From the sequence record SRR2962707_4944: 61,351 bases of DNA; one strand, 5' to 3'. The translations under genes and the position numbers were made by a program. Of this stretch, positions 1-10,020 are shown piece after piece (the stretch's first letter is position 1; each line of letters begins with the position of its first letter). The notes under the pieces were generated by a model. That model saw only the letters and a program-made list of their open reading frames with translations, was not told where the DNA came from and made no database searches.

Positions 1-439
1 TGCCCAAGATGTGCACGTCTTTGAATTCAGAGTCTTTCATATGCTTCTCAAACATCTGCCAGTAAGCAGAGGACGCCGCGCGGGCATCGGAAACCATAAA
101 GGGCAGTTCAAACACTTCGGTCGATGGGAAACGACCAGGAGTGTAGCCAACAACCGTCCAAACGATGTCAGCAACGCCGTCGATTGCCTGATCCATCAAC
201 TGAGGAGGCACGCCGCCAAGCTGCATCGACGGGAAACGCTGAATTTCAATCCGACCGTCCGAAGCGGCTTCGACTTTGTCAGCCCAAACATCAAGAACAA
301 GCTTGGGTACGTTGGCCTGCGGTGGCAGGAACTGATGCATACGAAGCGTGACTTCCTGAGCGAAGGCAGCGCCGGTGCTCAGAACAGTTGCCAGAGCGGT
401 TGCTCCGATGAATTTTGCGAAATTACGTTTAGTGATCAT
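1..439 (-). CDS. dctP: TRAP transporter solute-binding protein (DctP family), N-terminal part; runs off the window's left edge
   Basis: Not in the ORF track. Manual translation from ATG 439 (GGGAGG RBS upstream): MITKRNFAKFIGATALATVLSTGAAFAQEVTLRMHQFLPP...FPSMQLGG...DGVADIVW...YTPGRFP..EVFELPF; signal peptide plus DctP motifs. Confidence 0.9.
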   Translation of the reverse strand, partial: MITKRNFAKFIGATALATVLSTGAAFAQEVTLRMHQFLPPQANVPKLVLDVWADKVEAASDGRIEIQRFPSMQLGGVPPQLMDQAIDGVADIVWTVVGYTPGRFPSTEVFELPFMVSDARAASSAYWQMFEKHMKDSEFKDVHILG

Positions 440-804
440 TTGTACCTCCCGATGATCATTTTCTTAGGTCTCGCCGTCGGTCGCCTTAGACTTTCAAAAG
501 ACCTTCGCCCGCAATTATCTCACGAGCAAATTCGAACTGCTTAACTCTCTATCCAAGTCACTCACACCCCACCCTGCCTTGGCGAACGTCAAAACGCCAG
601 CGTTCCGGTAAGGTGTTAAATCACTTTTTCACGGTCAGAGCCTCCTACTCCCTTTAACCGACCGCTCGGACGGATATACAATCTATAGAGCCTAAACGGT
701 CCCTGACGCAACAGCTCTTACATGAACAACCCTACAAAATGATTATACTGCATAACTGTATTAGTCTATACCCATAAGTAAATCATGTAACCTACTGTTT
801 TTAA

Positions 805-1995
805 TTATATTTGACCTTCTAATCCAGTACTTCCATACAACCACTCAACAGAATCATACCAGTCTTCGGGTGTTTTTGCGCTCATAATAGCGTTACGAAG
901 TTCAGCATGTGCGCCTTCCGGATGATAAATATGAGTACCGATTTCACGGGACTGAAGTTGAATTCTGGCGGTCCGCATTCTTCTTTTGGCTTGATAGGCT
1001 GGCAAGACTCGTTCGATGTCACCAGACAGTGCTTCCATTTCTGCAGCCAAACATACCGCATCCTCCATCGCCATACAGGCGCCTTGGGCGAAATACTGGA
1101 GCGTCGGATGCGCCGCGTCGCCCAGCAACGCAACACGTCCGTCGACCCAATTGCTGATGGGTTCGCGGTCACACAACACCCATAACTTCCAGTCCTGCCC
1201 TTTTTCGATAATCTGTTTGGCCAGAGGGTTCACATGTTCAAAACCCCGACGCACCTCGTCATGGGTCACAGGCAAACCCGCCACCGGTTTGGCCGCATGG
1301 TTGTGATATGTCACAACCAGATTGAAAACTTTCCACCCAGACAACGGGTAGTGCACGATGTGACACTTCGGTCCCGCCCACAGGGTCGCGGCATTCCATC
1401 GTAGATCTTCAGGCATGTCTTCCGTCGGAATCACGGACCGATAAGTTGTATGCCCCGAGACTCGCGGCATGCCATCATTTGCCAATCTTTTGCGAATATT
1501 TGACCACAGCCCGTCTGCACCGATAACCGCTTTCCCAGTTACACGTTCGCCATCTTCGAGAATGGCGCTGGCTGTTGTGGCATCCTGATCATAGTCAAGA
1601 ACCGCAGCGCTTGTGCGCAATTCAACCAAGTCATGTTCAATACAAGCCTTGAGAAACACACCGTGCAGATCGCCACGGTGCACAACGGCATAGGGGTTCT
1701 TAAACCGTTTGCGAAAGGCCTCGTCCAATGGAATGCGGGTAATTTCCTCACCCGACATAGCATCCATCAGGCGCAGGTTGTCGATGTAGACCGCCATTTC
1801 CCGGGCTTTATCCCCAACCCCCAAAAAGTCGAACGCGTGAAATGCGTTGGGGCCAAGCTGAATGCCCGCGCCGATCTCTCCTAGCTGAGACGCCTTTTCC
1901 AACACGATGGAGCGTACGCCTTTTTGCGCCAGTCCGATGGCCAAAGACAGGCCTCCGATTCCGCCGCCAGCGATGACGATGCGATCTGTGGTCAT
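805..1995 (-). CDS. 3-hydroxybenzoate 6-monooxygenase (FAD-dependent aromatic hydroxylase)
   Basis: GGGIGG FAD motif, EIGAGIQLGPN, IGADG, LLGDAAHPTLQYFAQGACMAMED; last gene of the gentisate operon. Confidence 0.85.
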   Translation of the reverse strand: MTTDRIVIAGGGIGGLSLAIGLAQKGVRSIVLEKASQLGEIGAGIQLGPNAFHAFDFLGVGDKAREMAVYIDNLRLMDAMSGEEITRIPLDEAFRKRFKNPYAVVHRGDLHGVFLKACIEHDLVELRTSAAVLDYDQDATTASAILEDGERVTGKAVIGADGLWSNIRKRLANDGMPRVSGHTTYRSVIPTEDMPEDLRWNAATLWAGPKCHIVHYPLSGWKVFNLVVTYHNHAAKPVAGLPVTHDEVRRGFEHVNPLAKQIIEKGQDWKLWVLCDREPISNWVDGRVALLGDAAHPTLQYFAQGACMAMEDAVCLAAEMEALSGDIERVLPAYQAKRRMRTARIQLQSREIGTHIYHPEGAHAELRNAIMSAKTPEDWYDSVEWLYGSTGLEGQI

Positions 1996-2019
1996 GAGAT
2001 GTCCTTTCAGGATCGTAAG

Positions 2020-2667
2020 TTAGGCTTCGGCATCCGGCTGAAGCCCGGGTGCGGCAGAGGCAAACTCAGGCAAAGCCTGCGCCGCGTCGTAAGCCGATTT
2101 CACCCTTGGGAATTGTGTTAACGCCACGCCGAAACGCGAAGCCGAAAACACCTGTGGGACAAGGCAGATATCTGCAAGGCCGGGCGTGTCCCCAAAGCAG
2201 AATGCCCCGCCGTGATCTTGTTTTGTCAAAAGCGCCTCGCAGGCGCTCAGCCCGTCACCAATCCATCGTTGGCACCAGGCATCCTTTGCCGCCTGATCGG
2301 CCCCGAACTCATCGCCCAAGTACTGCAAAACCCGAAGGTTTTGCAGAGGATGAACGTCGCAAGCAATCACGTTAGCAAAAGCACGAACCTGTGCGCGCAT
2401 ACCTGGATCCGCAGGCAACAAGGGCGGCGTCGGATGTGTTTCGTCCAACCATTCAATGATGGCCATGGACTGTGTCAACACGAGGTCCCCGTCTACCACC
2501 GTCGGAACCAAGGCCTGCGGGTTCATTGAGGTGTATTCCGGCAATTTCTGCTGCCCGCCGCCCCGGCGCAGATGCACTGAGGTGAAATCAGGTGCCAATC
2601 CTTTAAGATTGAAAGCAATCCGGCAACGATAAGCCGACGAGCTGCGGAAATAGCCAAAATGTTTCAT
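2020..2667 (-). CDS. maiA: maleylpyruvate/maleylacetoacetate isomerase (GST zeta class)
   Basis: YFRSSSAYRCRIA, NPQALVP, IACDVHPLQNLRVL, PGLADICLVPQ zeta-GST motifs. Confidence 0.9.
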   Translation of the reverse strand: MKHFGYFRSSSAYRCRIAFNLKGLAPDFTSVHLRRGGGQQKLPEYTSMNPQALVPTVVDGDLVLTQSMAIIEWLDETHPTPPLLPADPGMRAQVRAFANVIACDVHPLQNLRVLQYLGDEFGADQAAKDAWCQRWIGDGLSACEALLTKQDHGGAFCFGDTPGLADICLVPQVFSASRFGVALTQFPRVKSAYDAAQALPEFASAAPGLQPDAEA

Positions 2668-3365
2668 TACTCAGGCACGCCGATCGTAAGGTCGATGGCA
2701 TCCAACCCGTCAATGCCTCCGTGGATCACATCGCCGGGGACGACAGCCCCAACACCTGCGGGTGTGCCCGTCATAATCACGTCGCCCGGTGTCAAATGGT
2801 AGAATTTCGACAGATCCGCCACGACTTCGGCGACACCATGAATCAGATCGCTCAGAAGCGCGTCTTGTTTCACTTGACCGTTTATTTCAATGAAAATGCG
2901 CTGAGGCCCAATGTCGCCCATGTCAGCGGCTTTCGTCAAAGGCGAAAACACGGCCGATCCTTCGACATCTTTGCCTAAATCCCAAGGACGTTGCTTGGAG
3001 CGTGCCACTAACTGCAAATCGCGACGCGTCATGTCCAGCGAACATCCGTAAGCGTAGATCGCGTCAGCGGCATCCTCGACAGAACAGCGGAATACCGGCT
3101 TGCCGATTACAAGCGTCAATTCCATCTCGTAATGGAAGTTTTCAGTGCCCGGAGGGTATGGCAACGTGGAGCCTGTCGACAGATAGGCCTGTGGTGACTT
3201 TGTAAAGTAGAATGGCGCTTCGCGGTCAACTTCGACTCCCATTTCGGCAGCATGTGCCGCGTAGTTACGACCCACGCAGAAAATCCGATGAATTGGGTAT
3301 TCCGCAGCTTCACCATTGACCGGAATAGATTGGGTCTTTGGTTCATCAAACAAATAAGTGGTCAT
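2667..3365 (-). CDS. nagK: fumarylpyruvate hydrolase (FAH family)
   Basis: IFCVGRNYAAHAAEMG, HYEMEL, LDMTRRDLQ, PGDVIMTGTPAGVG; gentisate context. Confidence 0.85.
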   Translation of the reverse strand: MTTYLFDEPKTQSIPVNGEAAEYPIHRIFCVGRNYAAHAAEMGVEVDREAPFYFTKSPQAYLSTGSTLPYPPGTENFHYEMELTLVIGKPVFRCSVEDAADAIYAYGCSLDMTRRDLQLVARSKQRPWDLGKDVEGSAVFSPLTKAADMGDIGPQRIFIEINGQVKQDALLSDLIHGVAEVVADLSKFYHLTPGDVIMTGTPAGVGAVVPGDVIHGGIDGLDAIDLTIGVPE

Positions 3366-4399
3366 CGTGCTCGTTCCTCATAATATCCGAGTTTGTCCTG
3401 TAGCGGGCGATCATGGACGCGCACTAGAAAGGCGTCATCGCTGGCTGTGTGAGTGATCTCAGCAAAGACCGGGACAGTAAAAGTATCTTTTGGCCCCCAG
3501 GACACGGTTTTTCCATTTATCACCGATGTGCCGCTGCCTTTGACCACGTGGAACGCAGAAGAGGCAGAACGCAAAGGCGGAGCATCTTTTTGACCAGCGG
3601 GCAAATACATTGCCGTGAAGCCCATAGTTGGCAAAACATCGGCCCCGGTTTCAGGGTTGATGTAATCCAGCTCGGCAATCTCACTGTCCGAATACGCCGC
3701 CATTTCGCGTAGCGCCGCTTCGGTACGCGCCCAAGGATAGCGCATCATCGGATAGCGGCGTGTCCCTGCCCCCAAACGGCGCGACGGGGCAAGCCCAGAC
3801 GAGAGGTATTCAACTTGGCTGGCGTCCGGGCGGTTGCGTTGCGCCTGAAGCGGGCCTTCTTTGGCATAGGAGCCTTCGAGGTAAACGAAGAGCGGCAGAT
3901 CCAACGCGTCAAGCCAGACAACGGGAGCATCGCCTTCATGACCGTGATCATGCCACTCTCCACCAGGTGTCAGGACAAGATCCCCCTCCTCCATAGGAAG
4001 CTTCTCGCCATCCACCACAGTATAGCCGCCCGTTCCTTCGACAATGATACGCACCGCAGAAGGGGTATGGACATGGGCTGGTGCGGTTTCGCCGGGCAAC
4101 AACAGCTGCATGCCCAGATAGATCGACGCCGTCGCCTGCATCGCCCCGGCACCGCGCCCCGGATCGGAAAGCACCAGAACACGACGTTCGGCTTTTTCAA
4201 CCGGAGTCAGCTCACCAGCACGGATCAACAAAGGGCGGATTGCGTCATAAGCCCAATGTCCCGGCAGCGTCACTGGATTGGGCGCGCCATGTGGCAACAC
4301 ATTGCGCATCATGGGCCACAAAGGTGCAACACCTGCGGCTGTCATGTCAGCTCTGTAGTCTTCTGGCAGTTCTTCTAACGTGCCGAGTTGTTCAGACAT
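3362..4399 (-). CDS. gtdA: gentisate 1,2-dioxygenase (bicupin)
   Basis: AERRVLVL, QLLLPGETAPAHVHT, GDLVLTPGGEWHDHG, WLDALDLP, YINPETG. Confidence 0.88.
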   Translation of the reverse strand: MSEQLGTLEELPEDYRADMTAAGVAPLWPMMRNVLPHGAPNPVTLPGHWAYDAIRPLLIRAGELTPVEKAERRVLVLSDPGRGAGAMQATASIYLGMQLLLPGETAPAHVHTPSAVRIIVEGTGGYTVVDGEKLPMEEGDLVLTPGGEWHDHGHEGDAPVVWLDALDLPLFVYLEGSYAKEGPLQAQRNRPDASQVEYLSSGLAPSRRLGAGTRRYPMMRYPWARTEAALREMAAYSDSEIAELDYINPETGADVLPTMGFTAMYLPAGQKDAPPLRSASSAFHVVKGSGTSVINGKTVSWGPKDTFTVPVFAEITHTASDDAFLVRVHDRPLQDKLGYYEERAR

Positions 4400-4431
4400 G
4401 TTGCCCTCCGATTCCCTATTTCATATAGGTT

Positions 4432-4460
4432 AGTATGCTTATAGTAAGTATACTGTCAAT
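4432..4460. promoter_or_regulatory. putative MarR operator(s) between gtdA and marR
   Basis: Imperfect palindrome ATAGTAAGTATACTGTCAAT (4441-4460; perfect core AGTATACT) with an adjacent AGTATGCT (4432-4439), in the AT-rich divergent promoter. Confidence 0.55.
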
Positions 4461-4521
4461 AATTCTTTTGAAGCTTTCCGTCCCCTCCCCTATGACACTG
4501 TTCGAGCCGGAGGCCGATAGA

Positions 4522-4995
4522 ATGGAAATATACAACATGGCCGGACACTTGGTCCGGCGGATGCATCAGATTTCGGTGGCTGTCTTCGCAGACCGCATGG
4601 CGGCGCTTGGGATCGAACTGACCCCAGTCCAGTTTGCGACCTTGCATGTGGCGCTGTCCCATCCGGGAATCGATCAAGCCTCGCTGGCCGGAATGATCGC
4701 CTATGATAAGGCGACATTGGGCGGGGTCGTCGATCGGCTAGAGGCGAAGGGACTGATCGACCGCAAAGTCAGCCCTAAAGACAGACGCGCCCGTGTGTTG
4801 CACATCACCGATAAAGGCCGCACCCTGTTTGACCGGGTTGTGCCCGAAGTCCAGGATTTGCAAAGCGATATCCTTACCGGTCTCGATAAGGAAGAATCGA
4901 GCCAACTGTTGGCATTGCTGAAAAAGACGACGGACGCAGGAAACAGCCTAAGTCGCGCACCGCTCAAACCCCTGACTTCACGCGGGAAACCTTAG
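4522..4995 (+). CDS. MarR family transcriptional regulator
   Basis: GHLVRRMHQ...LTPVQF...DQASLA...DKATLGGVVDRLEAKGLI.R....DRR; GGAGG RBS before ATG 4522. Confidence 0.9.
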   Translation: MEIYNMAGHLVRRMHQISVAVFADRMAALGIELTPVQFATLHVALSHPGIDQASLAGMIAYDKATLGGVVDRLEAKGLIDRKVSPKDRRARVLHITDKGRTLFDRVVPEVQDLQSDILTGLDKEESSQLLALLKKTTDAGNSLSRAPLKPLTSRGKP

Positions 4996-5095
4996 AGACA
5001 TTCCATAAGGTGCGAGTATCGGACAACAAAAACGGCACAAATGGTGAGCCCACCCTGAGAGAGCCTCACGGACTGACCGAGCCTCTCCGGCGACG

Positions 5096-6004
5096 TTACT
5101 GACGACGCAAACGGCCTTGCGCCACAAAGCGATCCAAGAAAAATTCAGCAAACCTTTTTGTCGCTTCAGATCTGTAAGGGCTAGGCGGAAAGAGGGCATA
5201 TATCCCCCCTTCGCGCAGCGAGTAGGAGGGGAGCAACCGCATTAATCGGCCATGGCGAATGTCATCCTGGACGACAAAATCCGGCAAAATCCCAATCCCT
5301 GCCCCTGCGCAAACCGCCGCTTTTACACCGGGCGACGTATCGACACTAAAGCTCGGAGAAAGGTCTATCTCGAAAGGCACGTTCTGATCGCCGTGGAACA
5401 TCCATCGTGCGGGCGTGTTTAAGGCCCGGTTTTCGACAAATGGCAACGACACCAGATCCGACGGGGTCATGGGTTGTTCCGTCTTGTCAAAAAGACCCGG
5501 CGCCGCAACAACATATTGATCGAAGACGCCGAGTTTCCGGGCTTTGTTCGCCGAATCTCTGGGCCAGCCCACGCGAAAAGCTATGTCGAACTTGGCGGCA
5601 ACCGGATCAAACTTCGTATCACTCAAATTCAGATCGACATGCACAGCAGGGAATTGTTGCTGAAACTCTGCGGCGGCGGGGGTGACATGCGTGGTACCAA
5701 AATCCATGGGCGCAGCAATGCGCAGTCGGCCACTGGGCACTTTACGGCCCTGATTGACGATCTCGAACGCTTCGCGCGCCTGAGCGACAGAAGCCCGAGC
5801 CGCAACAAAAAACCGTTCTCCGGTTTCGGTCAAACTCATGTGGCGCGAATTCCGGATAATTAAGGTGGCCCCAAGCTCGTCTTCCAGCTGTTGAAGTTGT
5901 TTGCTGACCACCGCCTTGCTGATCCGCAAGTGATTGGCGGCTGCGGTAATAGAGCCCTCCTCAACAATCGCCACGAAATAGCTTAGCCGGTTCAGGTTCT
6001 CCAT
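5096..6004 (-). CDS. LysR family regulator (CrgA-like)
   Basis: GSITAAANHLRISKAVVSKQLQQLE..LG..L..R.SR...LTE.G HTH; PSGRLRIAAP. Confidence 0.9.
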   Translation of the reverse strand: MENLNRLSYFVAIVEEGSITAAANHLRISKAVVSKQLQQLEDELGATLIIRNSRHMSLTETGERFFVAARASVAQAREAFEIVNQGRKVPSGRLRIAAPMDFGTTHVTPAAAEFQQQFPAVHVDLNLSDTKFDPVAAKFDIAFRVGWPRDSANKARKLGVFDQYVVAAPGLFDKTEQPMTPSDLVSLPFVENRALNTPARWMFHGDQNVPFEIDLSPSFSVDTSPGVKAAVCAGAGIGILPDFVVQDDIRHGRLMRLLPSYSLREGGIYALFPPSPYRSEATKRFAEFFLDRFVAQGRLRRQ

Positions 6005-6128
6005 TCATCGTTTCCTTTTGACTGACCTTGCATCCCAAAGGTTGCTGTTTTTGTGACGTCAATCAAGCGGTATAACGCCATCAACACGATACTTTCCCAC
6101 CGTGTCGACCGTTTCGAAGGAGCATAAA

Positions 6129-6734
6129 ATGGCTAAGTTTACTTACATCTATGATACTTATTGTGGCTGGTGTTATGGCGCCTCACCCGTCGTGCACGCC
6201 CTAATCGACAGCGGCGCGGACATTACCGTCATGCACAGACATCTGTTCCAAGGGGCACATGCCGCGCGTATGGCGGATGGTTTTGGCAAAATGGCCGAAC
6301 AATATGACCGTCGGATCGCCTCGCTAACCGGGCAAGAGTTTTCGCAAGCTTATGTGAATAACATTCTCCGTTCACCGACCGAAGTTCTGGACTCTGGTCT
6401 TACCGCATTGGCAGCTGCTTTGATCCATGACCAAGGCGCAAAAGCCGAGATCGGATTGGCCGCACAGCTGCAAAAGGCACGTTATGTCGACGGCCAAAGC
6501 GCCGCAGACCGCGACATCATTACAAACGCTCTGGCCTTGGCCGGGATCACTGCCCCGCTCGAAAGCGCCAAAGCCCGCGCCGATCAAATGCAAGTCCAAG
6601 CCGAGGCATTGCAGGCGCAATTCGGGATTTCTGGTGTTCCGGGGTTATTGCGACATGACAAGGACGGCACGTCCCAGATCAACATTTCCGAATTCTATAA
6701 GACCCCGGAGCGGGTTGTTTCATTGGCAGCCTGA
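6129..6734 (+). CDS. DsbA-family thioredoxin-fold protein
   Basis: YIYDTYCGWCYG CxxC motif, GISGVP cis-Pro motif; AAGGAG RBS; divergent from the LysR gene. Confidence 0.8.
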   Translation: MAKFTYIYDTYCGWCYGASPVVHALIDSGADITVMHRHLFQGAHAARMADGFGKMAEQYDRRIASLTGQEFSQAYVNNILRSPTEVLDSGLTALAAALIHDQGAKAEIGLAAQLQKARYVDGQSAADRDIITNALALAGITAPLESAKARADQMQVQAEALQAQFGISGVPGLLRHDKDGTSQINISEFYKTPERVVSLAA

Positions 6735-6938
6735 CCTTTGAAGACTCTCAAATGAGCCAATTTATCTATAATTGGGGGTCGCAGTAACCATCTTCCTTGT
6801 TCTTGGCTTGTCGCCAAGGGCAAGGCAGTCATCGAGAAACCTTTTCGCGCGAAAGACAAAGCCAGCAACGAAGCCGAATGCGCAGTCAGCCGGTATTTTC
6901 CGCAAAATCCCAATCAGATTACGGGCCGCGCGACACCG

Positions 6939-7478
6939 TTACCAAAATGCAGGATCGTTCAGAGCTGCGACACAATGAGATGGCCCGCCAAAGACATCAA
7001 AGTCTTGACCGGTCAAGGATTGCCCAAGCCAGCCATGCGGGTATGACAATTTATGCGGCGCCTGAGCAAAATCGTTGCCCATCACGGCAAATCCGACTTT
7101 TCCATAGTACTTTGGATCACCGTAGGTCATTGCGGCATGCACGCCGCAGCTACGCAGCTGATCGAGCCCGAACCGCAGCAATCTTTGCCCAATGCCCTGA
7201 CCTTGATGGTCTGGATGAACGGCCACCGGGGACAAGAGATACACACAACGATCGTCTTGTTCGAAAACAAGTCGTGTGAAGACAATACAGCCGACAAGAG
7301 TTTCTCCCTCCAACACGATACAGACGACTATGTCATTGCTTGGCGTTGTCTCGATCAAGGATTTCGCAAGATCTCCAATGATCTCGCCCTCTTCTGCCCC
7401 CTCCGACGCCGTAAACGTCTGCCGAAACAGGTCGGCAATGTCTTGTTCGAGCCCGGTGTGTTCTGAAGAAAAAATCAT
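6939..7478 (-). CDS. GNAT N-acetyltransferase (YhbS-like)
   Basis: LLSPVAVHPDHQGQGIGQRL, TYGDPKYYGKVGF. Confidence 0.85.
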   Translation of the reverse strand: MIFSSEHTGLEQDIADLFRQTFTASEGAEEGEIIGDLAKSLIETTPSNDIVVCIVLEGETLVGCIVFTRLVFEQDDRCVYLLSPVAVHPDHQGQGIGQRLLRFGLDQLRSCGVHAAMTYGDPKYYGKVGFAVMGNDFAQAPHKLSYPHGWLGQSLTGQDFDVFGGPSHCVAALNDPAFW

Positions 7479-7711
7479 CGCGTCGTCTTTCTGTTCCTAC
7501 CAACAGGGATACCCGCCTGGGACGGCGACGAGAACCCTGTTTGACAAATGCTCAATGTAACGCCAGTGAATTCCAATTGTTGGGTGGGTCTGTATTCTCC
7601 CTCCCCCTTGTCGGTCCTTGCAAGCAAGCAAGCGCAAATCCCTCTGGCCTGCCCCGCAAATTCACGGCACAACATAGCGCAAAGCGTCACTAGATTTACG
7701 GGAGACTCGTC

Positions 7712-8707
7712 ATGCAGCAGAGAAAAATGGGAAAGTCAGGGCCGGACGTATCGGCTTTGGGTCTGGGAGCGATGAGCTTTGCTGGCTTTTATGGCAAAAC
7801 AACGGAGGCTGAAGCCCACGCCCTGCTGGATGCTGCCTTGGACATGGGTGTCACCCAGCTAGATACATCCAATATCTACGGCATGGGTGTGTCAGAAACG
7901 ATCATCGGCAACTACCTCAAGGCGCGCGGCACTCCGGATGCATTCTACATCGCGACCAAAGCAGGTATTACCCAAAACGCCGAAGGTCAGCGCTGTTTCA
8001 ACAATTCCGCAGAACACCTAGAAGCAGAATTGGACAAATCGCTAAAACGTTTAAACCGTGATCATGTTGAGCTGTTCTATGTGCACCGCCGCGAAGAAAA
8101 CCGTCCGATCGAAGAGGTGACAGAGTCACTGCAATCCCTAGTCGCCAAAGGAAAGATTGGCGCGTTTGGATTTTCAGAAATTGCCCCGGCTTCGTTACGG
8201 CGCGCCAACGCAGTTCACCATGTTGCGGCGGTCCAATCTGAATACTCTTTGTCGACTCGAGCCCCGGAATTGGGCTTGGTGCAAGCCTGCGAAGAATTTG
8301 GCACAGCGCTTGTCGCATTCTCCCCCGTCGGTCGCGGTTACCTGTCAGATACTCCTCCAGATGCAGCAAAAGTTGAGGCAATTTCATTTATGAAAGCGAA
8401 CCCTCGGTTCGTTGATGGCAATCTTGAGCGCAACCTTGAAGTCACGGACAAATTCCGCGCTTTGGCCGCTGACATGGGATGTCCAACGGCGAGCTTGGCC
8501 ATTGGTTGGCTGCTGGCAAAGGGCGAACATATTTTGCCAATCCCCGGAACACGCAGCATCGATCACCTGCGTGAACTTGTAGCCGGATGCGACCTGAATT
8601 TGACCGAGGAGGACGTTCGCCGAATTGAAGAGGTGCTTCCATTGGGATGGGCCCACGGCGACCGCTATTCGGCTTCTCAGTGGGTTGGTCCGGAAATCTT
8701 TTCTTAA
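7712..8707 (+). CDS. aldo/keto reductase
   Basis: LGLGAM, LDTSNIYG, IATK, SLKRL, QSEYSL, PIPGT. Confidence 0.9.
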   Translation: MQQRKMGKSGPDVSALGLGAMSFAGFYGKTTEAEAHALLDAALDMGVTQLDTSNIYGMGVSETIIGNYLKARGTPDAFYIATKAGITQNAEGQRCFNNSAEHLEAELDKSLKRLNRDHVELFYVHRREENRPIEEVTESLQSLVAKGKIGAFGFSEIAPASLRRANAVHHVAAVQSEYSLSTRAPELGLVQACEEFGTALVAFSPVGRGYLSDTPPDAAKVEAISFMKANPRFVDGNLERNLEVTDKFRALAADMGCPTASLAIGWLLAKGEHILPIPGTRSIDHLRELVAGCDLNLTEEDVRRIEEVLPLGWAHGDRYSASQWVGPEIFS

Positions 8708-8727
8708 GACCGGCCCTTCGACGACAA

Positions 8728-8757
8728 TTTCTGCGGCGTCGCTTAACGCCGCAGAAA
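8728..8757. terminator. hairpin, probable bidirectional terminator between the AKR gene and phaG
   Basis: TTTCTGCGGCGT-cgctta-ACGCCGCAGAAA. Confidence 0.65.
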
Positions 8758-8851
8758 ACGGTCTGGGAAATCCAATCGCATTCGAGACCTAAGAGGATGC
8801 CCTGACGAAAGAGCCGCTCTGCGTTGCGAACACGTCAGACCAACAAAAGGC

Positions 8852-9238
8852 TTACTGTGCCGCCTCTTCCGCCTCTTTGTCCGTGTCCGGTGTCATGAAG
8901 GTTGACCATGTGTCATCCTGAGGCGGCGGTGGCGGGTTTGTGCAGGCTTTGCTGTGCATGTTCGCCTTGGCGATAAAGTTAGCCGAGACTGGCGCGGTTA
9001 CAAACAGGAATGCCAGGATCAGCAACTCATGCAAAGACCCTTCACCAAAGGTGTAAGAGTGGATCATCGACGCCACAAGAAAGGCCCCAATTCCCAAGGT
9101 TCCTGCCTTGGTTGGCGCATGCAGACGGGACATCGAGTCGTTCAGCTTTAGCAAGCCTATCGCCGCGACGATTGTGAAAATGGACCCAACCACCAAAGTA
9201 AGCGCAATGGCAATGATCGCAACGATTTCCAAAGTCAT
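8852..9238 (-). CDS. phaG: Mrp/Pha cation:H+ antiporter subunit G
   Basis: RLHAPTKAGTLG, FLFVTAPVSA. Confidence 0.9.
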   Translation of the reverse strand: MTLEIVAIIAIALTLVVGSIFTIVAAIGLLKLNDSMSRLHAPTKAGTLGIGAFLVASMIHSYTFGEGSLHELLILAFLFVTAPVSANFIAKANMHSKACTNPPPPPQDDTWSTFMTPDTDKEAEEAAQ

Positions 9239-9522
9239 TCGATAATATCTCCGCGCAGAATAAAGCGGGCGTAAGCGACAGTGGACAAAAAGCCGAGCAT
9301 CGCAATCATAAGGGCCGCTTCAAAATAGATCTGTGTGCCTTGCTTAATACCCAGCAAGACGATCAGACCAATCCCGTTTACAAACATCGTGTCCAAAGCC
9401 AGGATACGGTCTCCGGTTCCTGGACCGACCCAAAGCCGAACCATCGTCATGATTTGCGCCAAAGCCACAATCACGAAAGCCCCGTTTAAGGCCCAATTCA
9501 TCATGTCAGTCGCAAAGGTCAT
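9235..9522 (-). CDS. phaF: Mrp/Pha antiporter subunit F
   Basis: GPGTGDRILALDT, LGFLSTVAYARFILRGDIIE. Confidence 0.9.
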   Translation of the reverse strand: MTFATDMMNWALNGAFVIVALAQIMTMVRLWVGPGTGDRILALDTMFVNGIGLIVLLGIKQGTQIYFEAALMIAMLGFLSTVAYARFILRGDIIE

Positions 9523-10019
9523 TGGAAAATCTCCATGAGACGGCGTTCGTAGCGGTTTTTGATGTCATCACAAACGGCTTGGGGATCATCTGCATCAAGC
9601 GCATGAACCAACAGGCTGTGCCCTTCATCAGACAGATCTGCGGTCACGGTGCCGGGCGTCAAAGTGATCGTTCCGGCCAGAACAGTAATGGCCTCGGGCG
9701 ATTTCAGTTCCAACGGAACCACAACCCATGCCGCGTTCATCTTGCTGTTGGACTTGGTCAAAACAATCCAGGCAACCTGCACATTGGCCACGATGATATC
9801 CCAGATCACCAACAGGCAATACGTGAACATACGCCCGACGTGAAAGCTCTTGGGGCGATCAGGCCACCAACGGGCCGTGGCAATGGGAATGATAATGCCA
9901 AGGATCAGACCAAAGACAAACATGCCTGCGGACCACGTGTTCTGAAGAAGCATCCAAACAATTGCCAGAAGGATGGTCAGGGCAGGATGGGGCAATAGCC
10001 AACGGATGAGTTTCATCAT
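9519..10019 (-). CDS. phaE: Mrp/Pha antiporter subunit E
   Basis: DIIVANVQVA, ITLTPGT, LLVHALD, IKNRYERRLMEIF. Confidence 0.9.
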   Translation of the reverse strand: MMKLIRWLLPHPALTILLAIVWMLLQNTWSAGMFVFGLILGIIIPIATARWWPDRPKSFHVGRMFTYCLLVIWDIIVANVQVAWIVLTKSNSKMNAAWVVVPLELKSPEAITVLAGTITLTPGTVTADLSDEGHSLLVHALDADDPQAVCDDIKNRYERRLMEIFQ

Positions 10020-10020
10020 A

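Noticed and set aside
11-544. 177-aa plus-strand ORF
   Set aside because: Shadow of the minus-strand dctP gene, which has an RBS, a signal peptide and family motifs
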